From NCBI GenBank assembly GCA_964016885.1, contig OZ024742.1:226796001-226860000 (forward strand): 64,000 nt of DNA. The letters are read 5' to 3'. Under the pieces are notes generated by a model. The model did not search any database and was not told the DNA's origin. It saw only the letters and a list, made by a program, of their open reading frames with translations. The translations under genes were made by a program, and so were the position numbers. Position 1 is the stretch's first letter; every line of letters begins with the position of its first letter. Positions 27,554 through 43,289 of this stretch are shown here, piece by piece. The stretch comes from Eledone cirrhosa (Eukaryota).

Positions 27554-29486
27554 CTGATTTCAGTCATCAGACTGCGATCATGCTGGGGCACCACCTTATA
27601 TATATATATTGTATTTTACCGGTTGTATGTGACCTGTTTATTTTTTTGTCCTTGTTAACATCATTGAAATCAACGATTTAAACAATAAATACACCTTATT
27701 TCCACTATCTATCCATGTTCCTCCCCTCTATAGTAGTATTAGCGCCACCACGACTACTATTACTATTGCTAAACAAATGAATTCGTGCTATTTTCTCTAC
27801 CACAGTCAGTTACTGCGTATATAGAGTGTATATTATATATACACTACCAGGAATTTCATTATGTGCGCGCACGGATGTATATATATTGTGTTCGTGTGTT
27901 CGCTTGTGTGTGTTAGTGACTGCTCAAGCTGTGTGAGTAGTTGAATATTTTCTATATATGTGTATAGTTGCTTGCTCTATATATGTGTGCATATAGTTGC
28001 CTGTTCAATGAATGTGTAAGTTGCCTGTTCAATCTGTGTATAGTTACCTGTTCAACTATATATATATATATATATACACACGAATGTTAACACAACCATA
28101 GTAATTATTTTCCAAACAGTTTATAGTAATATGTAGGTGATATATACTCACACTGACTTGTATATATTTAACAGTATACAGTAACACGTAGGTTGTATAT
28201 ATATATATACGTTTATCTCACTGTAGTATCAATCTGTCTATAAATAACTAAACTGATCAGGTGTACCTCTCTTCAACTTCAGTATATATTTTCCACTTCT
28301 AACATCTATTTCGTTTGAATGTCTATAACCGGCTTCGTTGTATTTTCTTCCTCTTATCATTTCTCTACTTGTTTACGATATATTTACGTCTGTGACCGGT
28401 CGTACTCAATTCTCAACACATCCTTCGTTCTCCGTATTTTATGAAATATTTCGAACAAATACAAGATATTTTTTTGTAATAATTTAGAAATCATGTATTT
28501 TAGAAAACATAAGAATAATGTTGATAATATCAAGTAATTTCTGTCATCTAAATTTACCTTATAAGAGGAAAATGTGTATTTATCGTTTGAATGAATCTTT
28601 TTTAGAAGATATAAAGAAGAGTGAAGTGAGAGACGGTACGAAGTGTGAATTACTGTTGCAGAACTGTTGATCCTAGATTGAGTAGAGGGTCAATAATGGC
28701 TAACACTGAGGAAAACCCATCTCGTCTGCCAAACCCCAATTTCTTTATTTCATTGTTGTTGTTTTTAATACTTTAATTCTCTCTTCCTATTTCTAATTAT
28801 TCTTTACTATATTTAACATTACACTTTATTTTTCTTACTTTCCTTCACGCTTTTTTTTATTTTGTTTCCCATTCGAACGGGATTTCTGTTTCCATTTTGT
28901 ATGAACAGCCTATGCTACAGGCATGAACACCAGAATATAAAGATTTTTATGAGAAAACTCATTCAACATTTATTTGAATCATTAAAAACTGTTAATAGTT
29001 TGTAGGTTAATTTATGATTTTTTTCGAAATTAAGTTAAGCTTTAGATTTTTTTTGGCTTCTCTCATCCCAGGCGATGATGATGATACTTCCATTTTCTCA
29101 TAACACAACACAGCATTTTTTTCACTTCTGGTTATCCAAAGATTAACATAATTTACTGAATTCATAACAATTTCACTGAAAATTACCAATTGTCTCACTT
29201 TTTTCTTTCAGTAGTGAAATTTTTGTTTGGCTTCTTTCGTCTAGATGATGATACTACTATTTTTCTCAATACATTTTTTTCACTTCTGGTTTTCTAAACG
29301 ATTAACATAATTTACATTTACTGAAGATTATTGCACTGCTCCCACGAAATCGCCGATAGAGAAGGAAAATTGTGTAATCTATCTAAAGAAACGGTGTTTT
29401 TCTCTTTTGTTTTAGATGTAAGACTTAATAAACACAGTTATAGAGGAAAATTACATCAGTTTTTCAACAGTGTTCTGTTCTAGTGG

Positions 29487-29520
29487 TGTATGTGTATATA
29501 TATATATATGTATGTGTATG

Positions 29521-29613
<93 letters not shown>

Positions 29614-29667
29614 ATATGTATGTATATATATATATATGTATGTATATATGTATATATGTATGTATAT

Positions 29668-29698
<31 letters not shown>

Positions 29699-29749
29699 TG
29701 TATGTATGTATGTATATATGTATATATATGTATATATGTATGTATATAT

Positions 29750-29780
<31 letters not shown>

Positions 29781-29789
29781 TGTATATAT

Positions 29790-29820
<31 letters not shown>

Positions 29821-29831
29821 TGTATATATAT

Positions 29832-29862
<31 letters not shown>

Positions 29863-30214
29863 TGTATATATATGTATATATGTATATGTATGTATATATA
29901 TGTATATATGTATATGTATGTATATATATGTATATATATATATGTATATATGTATATATGTATATATATATATGTATATATGTATATATGTATGTATATA
30001 TATATGTATGTATATGTATATGTATATGTATGTATATATATGTATATATATATATATGTATATATATATATGTATGTATATATATGTATATATATATATA
30101 TATGTATGTATATATATGTATATATATATATATATGTATGTATATATATGTATATATATATATATATGTATGTATATATATGTATATATATATATATATG
30201 TATGTATATATATG

Positions 30215-30267
<53 letters not shown>

Positions 30268-31083
30268 GTATGTATATATATGTATATATATATATATGTA
30301 TGTATATATATGTATATATATATATATGTATATATGTATGTAGATATATATATGTATGTATGTATATATATATATGTATGTATGTATATATATATATGTA
30401 TGTATATATGTATATATATGTATGTATATATGTATGTATATATGTATATATATATATGTATGTATATATGTATATATATATATGTATGTATATATGTATG
30501 TATATATGTATGTGTATGTATATATATGTATGTATATATGTATATATATATATGTATGTGTATGTATATATGTATATATATGTATGTATATATGTATATA
30601 TATGTATGTATATATGTATATATATGTATGTATATATGTATATATATGTATGTATATATGTATATATATGTATGTATATATGTATATATATGTATGTATA
30701 TATGTATATATATGTATGTATGTGTATATATATATATATATGTATGTGTATATATATATATGTATGTATGTGTATATATATATATATGTATGTGTATATA
30801 TATGTATGTATGTGTATATATATATATATGTGTGTATATATATATATATATGTGTGTATATATATATATATGTATGTGTATATATATATATATGTATGTG
30901 TATATATATATATATGTATGTGTGTATATATATATATATATGTATGTGTGTATATATATATATATATGTATGTGTGTATATATATATATATATGTGTATA
31001 TATATATATATGTATGTGTATATATATATGTATGTGTATATATATATTATATATATATATATGTGTATGTATATATATATATA
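29487..31083. repeat. About 1.6-kb compound (TA)n/(TATG)n microsatellite
   Basis: Seen directly; similar tracts at 4968-5288, 8670-9224, 12248-12543 and 21882-22092. Confidence 0.95.
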
Positions 31084-31175
31084 GAGAGAGAGAGAGACAG
31101 ACACATATATGTGTGTCTTTCTCTGTCCTTGTAGTGGTAGTATTATGTGTCTCTGTGTAGTAGTAGTCGTGGTGT

Positions 31176-31210
<35 letters not shown>

Positions 31211-33316
31211 CTGTCCCTCTGTCCTAGTAGTAGTGGTGGTATTGTGTGTGTGTGTGTTTCTGTATCTCTCTTTCTCTGTGTCTGTGTGTTGGTTAACTGC
31301 TGCGACACACAGACAGACACTGTCTACTTGGTTGTACACCACCACCACTCCTCCCCTTCTACGTTAGCTAGCTGTCTCCTTCCGTCTGTCTCCCTAGCTC
31401 AATAGTCTTCTTCTTCTCCTTTCCTTCTTCATTCAATACGTCTTCTCTCTAGACCCAGCTTCAAACTCTACCGCCTGGACTAGAGAAAAAGAGAGAGAGA
31501 AAGACAGACAGAGTAAGGACTTGATTAAATAACGATATACACAGAGAAAGAGACATACATACACAGTGAGCACTTTGATTTACTAATCGTATGTACAGAG
31601 AAAGAGGTAGACATACATACAGAGTGAGCACTTGCTTTACCTTAATAACCACGGAGAGAAAGAGAGATTGTGAGTGAGCCGGTTTGTTGTAAATTTGCGG
31701 GAAAAAATGTTTATCGTTAAATACAAAATGTTTCCTATGTATATATAGATATTTATTTATATTATATATCATTCTAATTTTGTTTTTCCTCTGTTGCTTC
31801 CTGTTTTTCCATCATCGTCCTTTGAAACATTTTCTATTAATCCAAGCTCTCCCCGCGATAAACTCCTCTGAATGTTCCTTCCCTTTGTGTAGCGCGTGGT
31901 AATTTTTCTTCTTTTCATTCACATCGCTTCCCTCCTTCGATCGGGGGACTTCATTCGGCTCGGCTGAGTTATTTTTGTACGAATTCCTCTCTTCCTACAT
32001 TTTCCCTCCTATATAATAACTCTACCACATACCATATAAATCGAACGTCCAATATTGGTTTGTTTGTTGTTTTGGCCTATTTTTTGTTATTTTTATTTTA
32101 TAGATTGTTTTTATGTTATGTTGTCTGATTAATATTGCTCCGATTGTTTCTATATATTTCAATATATAATAATTTGTCTTATAATAATCACCAAGTACCT
32201 GCTATCTCCTCCCCCTCCCTCTCACTATACCTCTTCCTATTGACTTTCCCTCCCATTTTTTTGTACTGAGAGTTTCTCTATAATACTGCCGTTATCACCC
32301 ACCAACTAGTTCCGTTATATATATATATCTATATATATAGGTTATGTATTGAATATCTGCACTCTACTTTCTTTATATATATATATAAACGCTAAAAGTT
32401 TAACTGGGCAAAGAATCCCTATAATATATATAGTGGTTATTATACATATTGAATTCATTACATACGTCTGGTATAAAAACTAAAAACTGCTGGAATTTCG
32501 GTGGTGTTTCTTTTACCAAAATTTCTCCTTTTTTTTTTTTTTTTTTTTTTTCCCCCCTGTTCGTAATATAAACTTTAAAAATTCATCGGAACATAATGTT
32601 TTTAAATATAAAATATATATATATTGTTTTAAATGTTGATATAACCAGATAAATAATGTTTTGAGAGAGAGAAGAAAAATGATGTATTCCCTCCCTTCTG
32701 AAACGATGTTTGGACTAAGAATGAAAATGTTTCTGTTTATCTTTCAGATAAAAAAATTCACATAGAATATCTATTTTTTAATAATTGAACTTCATTAAAT
32801 ATTAGTCTAATGAAAAATTAATCTTATTTAGTAAATTCTTCATTAAAATATATCCATGCTATATTTAAAGTTTTCAAGTGCTTTCTATAATAGCCTCTTA
32901 TAGAATGTGTGTGTGTGTGTATATATATATTATATACAAACACACACATATGTGTGTTTGTGCTGTAACTAATGTATTTTTTCTTTTTCTTCATTATTCT
33001 AGTATATGCTGGTGTTTATGTAATAGCCATACATTTGTGTTCATAAAAGACTTTGGAAAGAAACCACCATCAACTAACTCGCTATTCCTCTGAAGTAAAG
33101 GAAAATATATATCGACATTATTATGTTTATTGAGATAATATATGATATATATTATTATTATAGTTAAATTAGAAGTGTCTTAGATCACAATTTTGTTTTG
33201 AAAATATTGGTAGATGTGTATTCATAATCAGTATGTAAAGAAACAATTGATACTTATATATTGATGGAGGGATGTGTGTTGTGTGTATACATGAGCAGTG
33301 TTTTGTGAAAATATTG

Positions 33317-33352
<36 letters not shown>

Positions 33353-33405
33353 TCATAAATAGTTTATTGCTATGTGTGTGTGTATTCATCACAATCAAAA
33401 TTATA

Positions 33406-33506
33406 CAGGATGTCCCCAAAAAATGTATACACACTTCAACAGCATTCTAATAAATATTGCTTGTACAGGTAATCAAAGTGTGTATACATTTTTAGGGAAC
33501 ACCCTG
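33406..33506. mobile_element. About 100-bp Tc1/mariner-type MITE
   Basis: TA on both sides; TIRs CAGGATGTCCCCAAAAAATGTATACACACTT / AAGTGTGTATACATTTTTAGGGAACACCCTG. Confidence 0.8.
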
Positions 33507-35560
33507 TATATGCACACATATGTCGTGTGTTCATAATCAAGGCTTAAAGAAAAGTCATAGATTTGAGCTTTCGTACTATTTTGCTTAACTTCTCTGTAGT
33601 GTATTAAATATACAATGGCTTATCTTAACCTTTCCATTACTATGTTTCTAGTGAATGACATTACCTGTGATTTTGAAAATAATCAAGAATTTGGATGTAT
33701 TTAATGATATAACTAACTTTATTAAGCTGGTGTTTGAAACAACTTTCTTACATAAAATTATGATTATTAGTTTTAATTTTAAAACAAACAGCTCGGTATC
33801 ATAGAACCAGAGGCAGCTTGGTATTAAGAGTTAAAAATGTAAAAAAATAACTTGTAGGATTTCGATTCAATTTATATATTTTTTACAAACAGTTCTGCCA
33901 TCAGACTTTAGCAACAACATATTTATAATAGAAATAGTTGTAGAAGTTCTCCGAGTTCAGTATTGGTTATGTTCCAGAAATTCATTGTGAAATGGTACTC
34001 CAAAAGTCAAGATTCCATTTAACCCTTTTGGTACCGAACTGCTTGGAACTGCCCCTGGTTTTTCAATATAGAACTTATCTAAAGACTTTCCATCACAATT
34101 TTATGTAAGAACCTTTAGTTATATTTCATTAGTAGGGCTAACTTGTGAGTTGTTTCCTTAAAGACAGTGTTACAGTTGAATATTGGAAGTAACTACATTC
34201 ATCATTATCTTTTTATGTCTGTTTTTCCATGCTGGCATGGGTTGGACAGTTTGTTACAGACCAAGTTAGTAATATATTGGAGCTATTCTCCTCCTAGACA
34301 GGACAGGGGACCATGTTTTACTTAATACATTGTCATTTTACATCCATTTCCTAACGCTAGCATGAGTTAGATGGGTTGTTACTGACCTAGTCTACTTTAT
34401 CAAAGCTATGTTCTTCCTAAACAGGTCAAGGGATCGCACCTCATTCGGTATCATCATTTTACTTCTATTTTTACAGACTACGTCAGTAGTTTATCATAGT
34501 TACTGTCTTTGGTCATTCCAATAAAAACTGGCTGCTCATACTGATGTTAAGGTAACATGGTCTCAGTATGAGCAGCCAGTTTGAACAGAAAGAGGTGAAA
34601 GAATTCTGGCCGGTTTAAATGTTAAAGAGTTAATGAATGTTTTTTTTTTTTGTTTTTGCCAAACTATAAATTTAAATTAGGTACATTGTATACCATCTTT
34701 TTTTAAGAGGTGACTAAAATGGGTGAATTTGTTGGATTCCTGGATTGAGTGTTACTTTATGGAATGGAAGCTCATAAGCCAGCTAAATGTATATAGGTTT
34801 GAGTTGTAAACATTAATATAACTAAGAAATCTATGATGTACAACCTTGTAGGAGGCCGGTTAAATCTACATAAGTGTGATCTGTAACTTTAACATGGTAG
34901 GACTGGAGCTTCTATCATTAAAATAGCAAAGAAACCTATGATATGCAACGGCTAACCCTGTGTAGGTGTGAGCTGTAATATATGATGGGACTAGAACCCC
35001 TATCATCAAAACACTCAAGAACCTACATAGGTGTGAGCTTTGAATTTCATTATTTCATTTCAGTCATAAAATGTTCCACTCAACCCATGCTAACATGTAG
35101 TTGTGGATGTAAAAATGATGATAATAGTACCTGGATGTTGTGAAGGTTTTTTTTTTTTTTTTCATTTTCTGCATTACATCACAGATCTGGAACATCCAAG
35201 CAATCTATGAATTTAATCTGTGATAACCTGTCCAATCCATTCCTGCATGGGAAACATGAAATACATGATGATCTGGTCACAGTTGTTTAACCGGTCTTTC
35301 TAGCATTGTGTCATCAGTTTGAAGTAGTTAGGTGGCTGTGAGGTTTATATACTGGATACTGACCATATTGTAATGTATCCAAAATTTGTGTTGGAACTCT
35401 GAGCAGCTTTATTTCACAGATTTCCCATCTTAACTTAAATGTTGGGTTACATTCAGCTGTAAAAATGCAACAATAATTACAAGTGTTTAACACTTGATTC
35501 TGATACAAAACTCTTTATTTTAAACCTTTAATCATAATTTTATGTAAAAACCTTTTTTAA

Positions 35561-35758
35561 CTCTTTAGCATTTAAACTGGCTGTATCTGGCCAGAATTCT
35601 CTCACCCCCTTCTATTCAAACTGGCTGCTCATACCTACATTAAGGTATTTTTCTCAAAATAAATAACATCAAAATCTCTTAGATTCAATATTATGTGAGA
35701 TAGAGCCTTTACTGTGAAAATATAATAGTATATATAGAGTAATGTAAATGCTAAAGTG
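35561..35758. mobile_element. TTAA-flanked piggyBac-like MITE (family copies also at 37125-37282, 38913-39105 and partially at 50632-50816)
   Basis: Consensus termini TTAA|CCCTTTAGCATTTA ... TAAATGCTAAAGGG|TTAA; shared interior of about 200 bp. Confidence 0.75.
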
Positions 35759-38700
35759 TTAAGTTATGCTCCAAACAAGCTTAATAACAAGACATTTATA
35801 TTACTAAATCCTTCCAAATTCTAGGCTATATTCAAACTTAATTGAAAACCATAGGCAGTGTTTTTCATTAGAAATATGGTAACAAAAGGGTTGTGTCACA
35901 TGGAGTTTGCTTTGTTCTTACTCTGTGTAAAATCCTTAGCCTGTTGTGTTTGAAGCTAAAATAGGTTTATTTTAGATAGAATCTATGAGTACAGGTTGGA
36001 AAATTGTAAATTGGCTGAGTCATTAAAGTGTCAGGTGGTATTTGTTCTGGCTTTCTGTACACAGTTCAAACTCCACTGAGGTCTTCTTTGATTTTTGTCC
36101 TTCCAGGGTCGATAAAGTGCTAGTCCAGAAGTTTACATTGGAGTTGCTGGCACATAAGACCAGATGTTTTGTAAAAAGTAAAAGACCTGACTCTTTGAAA
36201 TCTGAGGTCAACTTTGCCTTTCATTCTTTCAGGGTCGATAACATATCAGTGTAGGGCAAAGGATTGTTAAAGCATCAGATATGTCTTGCTGTGACCTACT
36301 TAGGTGGTAGGTATAATTGTTGGCCCAGTTTAATACCACTACCTGGCCATTCAGTGTCTTTAGCAGAGTCTATTCTGTTAGCATTTAGGTTAGGCTTCCA
36401 GTTTAAGAATGTCTTGTTCCCTTCTTCTTACCAGTCTGGGTGCCCTTGAAAAGAGTCATGGCCACAGCCCTTCTGATTATACAGCAAAAAAGAAAATACT
36501 CCTTTTTTATACCATATCATGCTGGGGAAAAAAGGGAATTTACATCTCACACCTATATAGGTTTAGCTAGCCTCCTACAAGTTTGGATCTCTTAGGTTTG
36601 TTGGGTGTTTTAATGATAGGGCAGCAGCAATGTGAAATGAAGCGCCTTTCTCAAAAATACAAGTCCAGGAATTGAGCCCACAACTTTGATCACAAGTCCA
36701 ACACCCTAACCACTAGACTAAACGCCTTCAATGTCATCAAAGTTCCCAGAACAATATTTATCATCAAAAACATGTCTTAATATGTGAATTATAAGACAAA
36801 AAACAGCCCTGTAGACTGTTCATGGTATCTGTTCTGCCTCTTAATTCTAATGGCAATACCTGTGATCACACTGGTGCCAAGCTGCAGTGGCCCTTCCTCT
36901 TGGACAACAATAGTAGTGTAGAGAAAAGAGACATTCATGCATATACAACTGTTTAAAAAGTAAAAAAAACTTTCGCAGACTTGTACTTTAGAGAGGAAAT
37001 GTCCAACTGCATAAATGTAAAGGATTCACAATTATAAGGTTGTGAATTCGGTTCCTGGACTGGTATGTTTTCTTGATCAACACACTTCATAATTTAATTA
37101 TTGGATTTGGTCCCCTATCATTAACCCTTTAGCATTATATTACTCTATATATACTATTGTATTTTTGCGGTAAAGGCTTTATCTCATACTATCAAATCGA
37201 TATTTTGATATTGTTTATTTTGAGAACAATACTTTAACATCAGTATGAGTGGCAAGTTACGGCTGGATTAAATGCTAAAGGATTTTAAAACACTTGAGAA
37301 AGCTAAGAGGAGGCCAACTAAACTTACTTAAGTATGAACTGTAACAATATATAGGACTGGGGCCCCATCATTGTAACCCAAAACACCTATGATAGCTAAA
37401 CCTACAAAGATGTGAGCTGTAAATTTTATTTCCTTTTTATTCTGCATAAGGGCCTTTTATTAGCAGAAAATGCTCAGTATTTTAGGATTTGAGTTTTCTT
37501 AAAATCTATCTAACTGCTTTTCTAATAATATTCTGCTCTATGGATATATTTTTAACGAAATATATTGTATTCTAATTAATTTATGAAGAAGTTACTAAAA
37601 CTATTTCATTTAGATATTTGTAATATGCATAACATAAAATGTTTTTACATAAAATTATGTTGGTACCTGAACTTAAAAAATTATGATGGAATGATTTAAT
37701 ATAAGTAGGAACATTTTAAGTTTTGTATCATAGTTTCAGGCAGTTTGGTATTAAAAGGGTTTCCAAAATGGAACATATGAACAAGACACAGGTCACTAAC
37801 CCATGGAAAGTAGATGTAAATTGATGATGATGGCAAATCTAATTTTTTAACTCTATTAGATTTTCAAACTGTTCATAATCATTAGGTATCATACTATCAT
37901 CAGGTTCAATACCATGGAATGCTATCCATAAGTTAACATTGGATATGATAACAATGTGGCTCTAGTCACTTCCATGGTGGATGGTAGGCCACTGAGATTT
38001 AAACTTAGAATTCAAGAGCCAGACAGATTCCATCTGATACTAACAGTTCAACATTAATCTACTCCCAAAAGAATAAGTTGGCCTCAGCAGAGTTTGAACT
38101 CAGAATACAATGAACTAGAATAAATACTAGCAAGCATTCCATCTTGCACTTTAATGATCCTACTAGTCCACCACTTTAGAGTTGTACATTATTTATTAAC
38201 CTTAAAAGGATTGTAGGCAAAGTTGAGTCCAGGGCACAAAGAGCTGGAATAAACACTGCTGGGCATTTTATAATACACTCTACTGTTTCTGCCAATTAAT
38301 TCACTGCCTTCAAACTGTTCAGAAATTTTTGTAATTAATTACAATCATCATAATTTTATGTCTAATTTCCATGCAGACATGGGTTGTCACAGTCTGAGAC
38401 AAGATGGGTAGGAGTGACCTCGCATCTTATACGTTCCATATTTAGTATGGTTTCTATGGCTGGGTATCTAACACCAACTACTTTGCAGAGTTAAGTGGGT
38501 GCATTTTGTTGTGGCACCAACACTAGAGAGGTTGTCATGCTCGACCAGAGTAAAGAGCCCCCTCTACCTTCAAATGTCTGTTTGATAACTAACCGCATTA
38601 CAAAATCTACTGGGAATATTTTATTGTAACACCAACACTAGAGAGGAGATTGAGTATTTGACAAAGCCAGAGGGTCTTCTCTACTTTATGCTGTTGTCTT

Positions 38701-38912
38701 GTTCTTATAGAGGGTTGGGTACTGGGTGTGTTCCATTGTTACATCACCATTTGAGAGGATGTCTTGTCTTCTGCAAGGGACCTCTACACTCTGTGTAGTC
38801 TCCAATCCCTAGTTACATTTACTTTAGCATTGCTGTGCTAAAATAAAATATGAGATGAACATATTTTATTATTTAATTAATTAAATGTTACTAAACACTA
38901 CCTAGTGTTTAA

Positions 38913-39105
38913 TCCTTTAGCATTTACATTACTCTATATTTACTATTGTATTTTCGTGATAAAAGCTTTATCTCACATAATATCGAATCTGAGATTTTGA
39001 TATTTATTTTGAGAAGAATAACTTAACATCAGTATGAACGACTGGTTTGAACAGAAAGAGATGAGAGAATTCTGGCCAGATACGGCCGGTTTAAATACTA
39101 ATGGG
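38913..39105. mobile_element. TTAA-flanked piggyBac-like MITE, opposite orientation
   Basis: TTAA at 38909-38912 and 39106-39109; TIR remnants; interior is the reverse complement of the 35561-35758 copy. Confidence 0.75.
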
Positions 39106-42100
39106 TTAAATCTTCATTGTAGCTAAACATATTTTGTTGCAAGATGCCTAGCCATGTTTAGGTTGATTCTGTCACTGGTCTTCAAACATTTTGTTGTGTG
39201 ACTCAGTTATGTGTTGATTTTCTAAATCTCTGGTTCCTGAATTTATTTTACACTGGGACCCATACCTATGTGTTTAGGTTGATTCTTATATCAGTGGTCC
39301 CTAAACTTATTTTGTCGCAGGACCTATGGTTATGTTTTTAGGTCAGCTTGTTTTAAATGTGGCCCATGACAAACTTTTTGTCCTATCGTTTGAATCCTCA
39401 CTTATTCCCAAGTTTTCTTACTCCATTGACATTGAGATGTTTTACAAAGCATGTGTCAAGATAGGAATTTCAAAGTGAATTTTGTTTTTATGCAAAGCTA
39501 ACAATAGGTAGTTGAAAATATATTGGAGATATAACCCCCAAGAAAGACAGAAGTGAACACAGTAGCCTTTTCCAGTTTATTTTCATCTATTTTATAGTTA
39601 AAATTATGCTTTGTGGCAGCATTGTATAAAAAAGCAAAACATTTTGAAATTAACAAAATTGTTCGTTTTAAAATGTTTATATCTATAAAAAAACAACAAA
39701 AAAGCCTTCCATTATAATTTTATGTAAGAACCTTTGTTTTGTTCTAAGCACCAACTTAATAATGAGGAAGTTCATTGTATTATTAAATCCTTCCAAATCC
39801 TAAATGACATGTGCCAGCATAACTAGAACTCAATTGATACTGGTTACAGATATAATAGTTTAAAGTGGATGGGCTTGATAAAACAGTATTATAGGAATTA
39901 ATGTCTTGTAATATTCAGATCTGGGATAAATAAAACTAAGTGGCAGCCATATGTGTGTGTGTGTGTGGTGTTGGTTAGATCGGTGAACTAGTATTTCAAT
40001 ACATATTTGTTGGGTGTGCATCTCTCTTTCTCTCTCAATGTATGTATGTATGTATATATATATATATATATATAATGTATGTGTTTGTATCATCAGATGG
40101 CTAGTAGTTAAGGTGGGTTTAATTCCTGAACCAGGCAGTACATTGTTTTCATGATAGGACATGGGCACTTAAATCATCTGAAAAACTTTTGAAATGTAAC
40201 CTTGTAGGAGGCCAGTTAAACCTTTTTTTTCTCTTTGTCTCATCGTCATCATTTTAACATCCACTTTTCTGTTCTTGCATAAATTGGACGTGTCTTTTTC
40301 CATTACAAACTGCCTCCACTTGTTGCATTCCTTCGCCATTTTCTCTATGGTGTTCAGTGTTCTAAGATCAAGTCTTTCTCTTTTGCAGCGTCCTCTCAAT
40401 TGGGACGTTTGGCACTTCATTCTACAATTATCCATGCCAGCATAGTCCTCTCTGTTGCATACTGCATCTGATTCGTCTTACACTTAGTTTTTATCATCAT
40501 ACATCTGCTATTCCATGCTTACATGGGTTGGATGGGGGTTTTTTCAGCATTGGTTTCCTTCACTTTGTTTCATTCCTTCGCCACCTCCTCTGAGGTTCAG
40601 CACCCTGAGATCATCTCTTGCCACTTCCACTTCAGTCTTCTTCAGTCATATACATTTATGTATCAGTCATGCCTTTCCCCACAAAATATGATGAAATCAG
40701 CATGTGACTTATCTATCTACTGGATTTAGTGAACCTCAATTAAAAATATATGGCACATTGTAGATATTGTATGTAAAATACAAGTATGTACAGTATCCAG
40801 TTGGTTTATCTCAGCCTTATATTAAAAATAGTGATGGGTAGATTTATGAAAAGCTCTAGTACACGCATGACAACTATAGACTGTTGACTATATTCTTAAT
40901 GAAATATGATATTTGAATTAATGAAGAATTTGGAGGGATTTATTAAGATGATTAATTATTTTATTACTAAGATTGTATTTGTTTCATAACAAATGGTTAT
41001 CAAATTACACTGGAAGATTTTAATTTAAATAGGAACTGTTTAAATTGTGTGATTTTGTTTCAGAGCCAAAGCAGGTATAAAACTTTTTGCCTAAGTGGGG
41101 ATTATTGCCAATTGTGTGTAGGTGGGAGGGTAGGGGCTTATTTTGGTGTGTGTGCGCCCATTTAGCCTTTTTGTTACCAGGTCACTAATTAAAGACTGCC
41201 TATGATTTTCAAATTATTTTTACAATTTACATATAGTTATGATGGAAGTGTTATGTGTTAATGAATGGTTACAATTTAATGAGAATTACAGAAATATATT
41301 TTATTACCATTGGTATTACAATGATGTGAGTTGCCTCCCTTATCATAATTGGCAGTGTGTTGGCTGTACAAATATGAATATTAATATAGTAGTAGATGAC
41401 CATCATCATCGTTTATGCTCCTCCATATGTGTTCTGTTCACAGCTCTTTTAAAATCAAACTGTTTTCTAAGTGTGTAAAAACGACGATGATAATATATAA
41501 AAGTAAAGACACCCTTTGATCACAAACGACTGTGAGTTTTGTCCCTAGAAAGTTCCCCACCGAGAGACACGACCAGGCAAAATGTTTGTGTGGTAGACTA
41601 GCAGTCCCCCCATGCATACCAGTCACTATTGTTGACCAAGAGAAAGGCAAAGGCTGATACAGCTTGGCACCAACTCATTTCTCCAGCTGAGTGAATTAGA
41701 GCAACATAAAATAAAGTGTCTTGGTCAAGGGCACAATGCACTGTTCGGTCTGGGAATAAAACTCACTACCTCAGGATTCTAAGTCCATTGCTCTTACCAC
41801 TAAGGCACACGCCTTTATATATATATATATTCTACCTCGATTTGCAACCGATAGATAGTATTAGCGATTGGAAACATTGTTTCCTTGGTCCAATTTGATG
41901 AAAGTCGATCGACTGTCAATATATATATAGCATCACCGTTATCATTTTTGCCTGCACCATTTGGTTAGCTGGGTCTTTTGCAGTATAGCTTCCTTCCATT
42001 TGTTTCTTTCCTCTGTCATCTTTGTTGTGAGGTTCAGCATCCTAAAATCATCTATCACTTCAGCCCACCTTTACCACATCTTCCTTCTATTTGGAGCTTA

Positions 42101-43289
42101 TGGCAGTTTTTTTTTATCCAACAATCATTATATGTATGATGTTCATACCAGGCAGCATATATCATCATCATCATCATTTTTTCCAAGCTGGGATTGGTTG
42201 GACGGGTCAGGGAACCATGTCTCGTTTAGATGTGTTCTATTTTGGTATTAATTCTATAGCTTGGTGCCCTTCCTAATGTCAACCAATTTTCTAGAGTGTA
42301 TTAGATGCATTTTATATTGACACTAGCACTAGAGAAGCTGTTATATACTTCACAAAACCATACAGTATATAGTGGTTTAAAATTCAAATCTACTGGGGTT
42401 ACAGTTTAGTACACTTTACCCATACATTGGGTGGTAGACATAATCTGTGGCCTGGTTTAACACCACCAGTTGGCCTTTGAAGTGTGCCTTTAAAGGAGTC
42501 CACTTTGTTGTATATATATTCTGGCCAGGGTTCTGGTTTAAAGATAACTTCTTCCTTCTTCTCACCTGTCTCAAGCATTCATTTAAATAATTTAAAATAT
42601 AATTTTTCACTAATATTATATACTCAAAATTACTCAGTTTTTTTTAAATATATTAATTTAGGATTATTAAATCTTATACTTGGAATTTGTTTTAATTAAA
42701 TATTGTCTATTTAGGCAAATTTTGGATTTGTTCTGGCTCATTGCATCCTGAGTTCAAATTCCACAGAGGTCAACTTAACTTTTTACCCTTTCTTTGTTGA
42801 TAAAGTAGTACCAGTCAAGGATTGGAGGATTGTAGGAATTGTTAAAAAGATTAAAACAGAATACCTTGTGGTATCTGATCTGGTTCTGTGTTCAAATCCT
42901 GCCTCCTGACAGTATTACTCATAGAAAGACTATTATGTTTGCTTTCCATGTTAGCATGAGTCGGACTAGACTGGTTGGGGAACTATGTCTCCTTATGTTC
43001 CACTTTTGACATGGCTTTGTTAACTGGATGCCCTTCTAATATTGAGCATTTAACAGTGTGCTGGGCACATTTTATCATGGCACCAACACTACAGAGGTTG
43101 TCAAGTTCATGATAGGACCAAAAGGTCATCTCTACTCTACATTGTCTCAGTTTGTTCATCCACCACATAACAGGGGTACTGAGTGTGTGATACCAATATG
43201 AGAAACGTTATCTTGTCCACTGCAAACATTTTCTTTCTTTTTTTTTTCGTTTCTATATATAAAATGACTTTTTATTAAAACTTTTTATA

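Noticed and set aside
29050-29330. Local direct duplication of about 100 bp
   Set aside because: Ordinary diverged tandem duplication with no further structure
29464-31320. Long ORFs of up to 618 aa, and similar IYIY/CVCV ORFs throughout the window
   Set aside because: Stop-free translations of (TA)n/(TATG)n/(TG)n microsatellites
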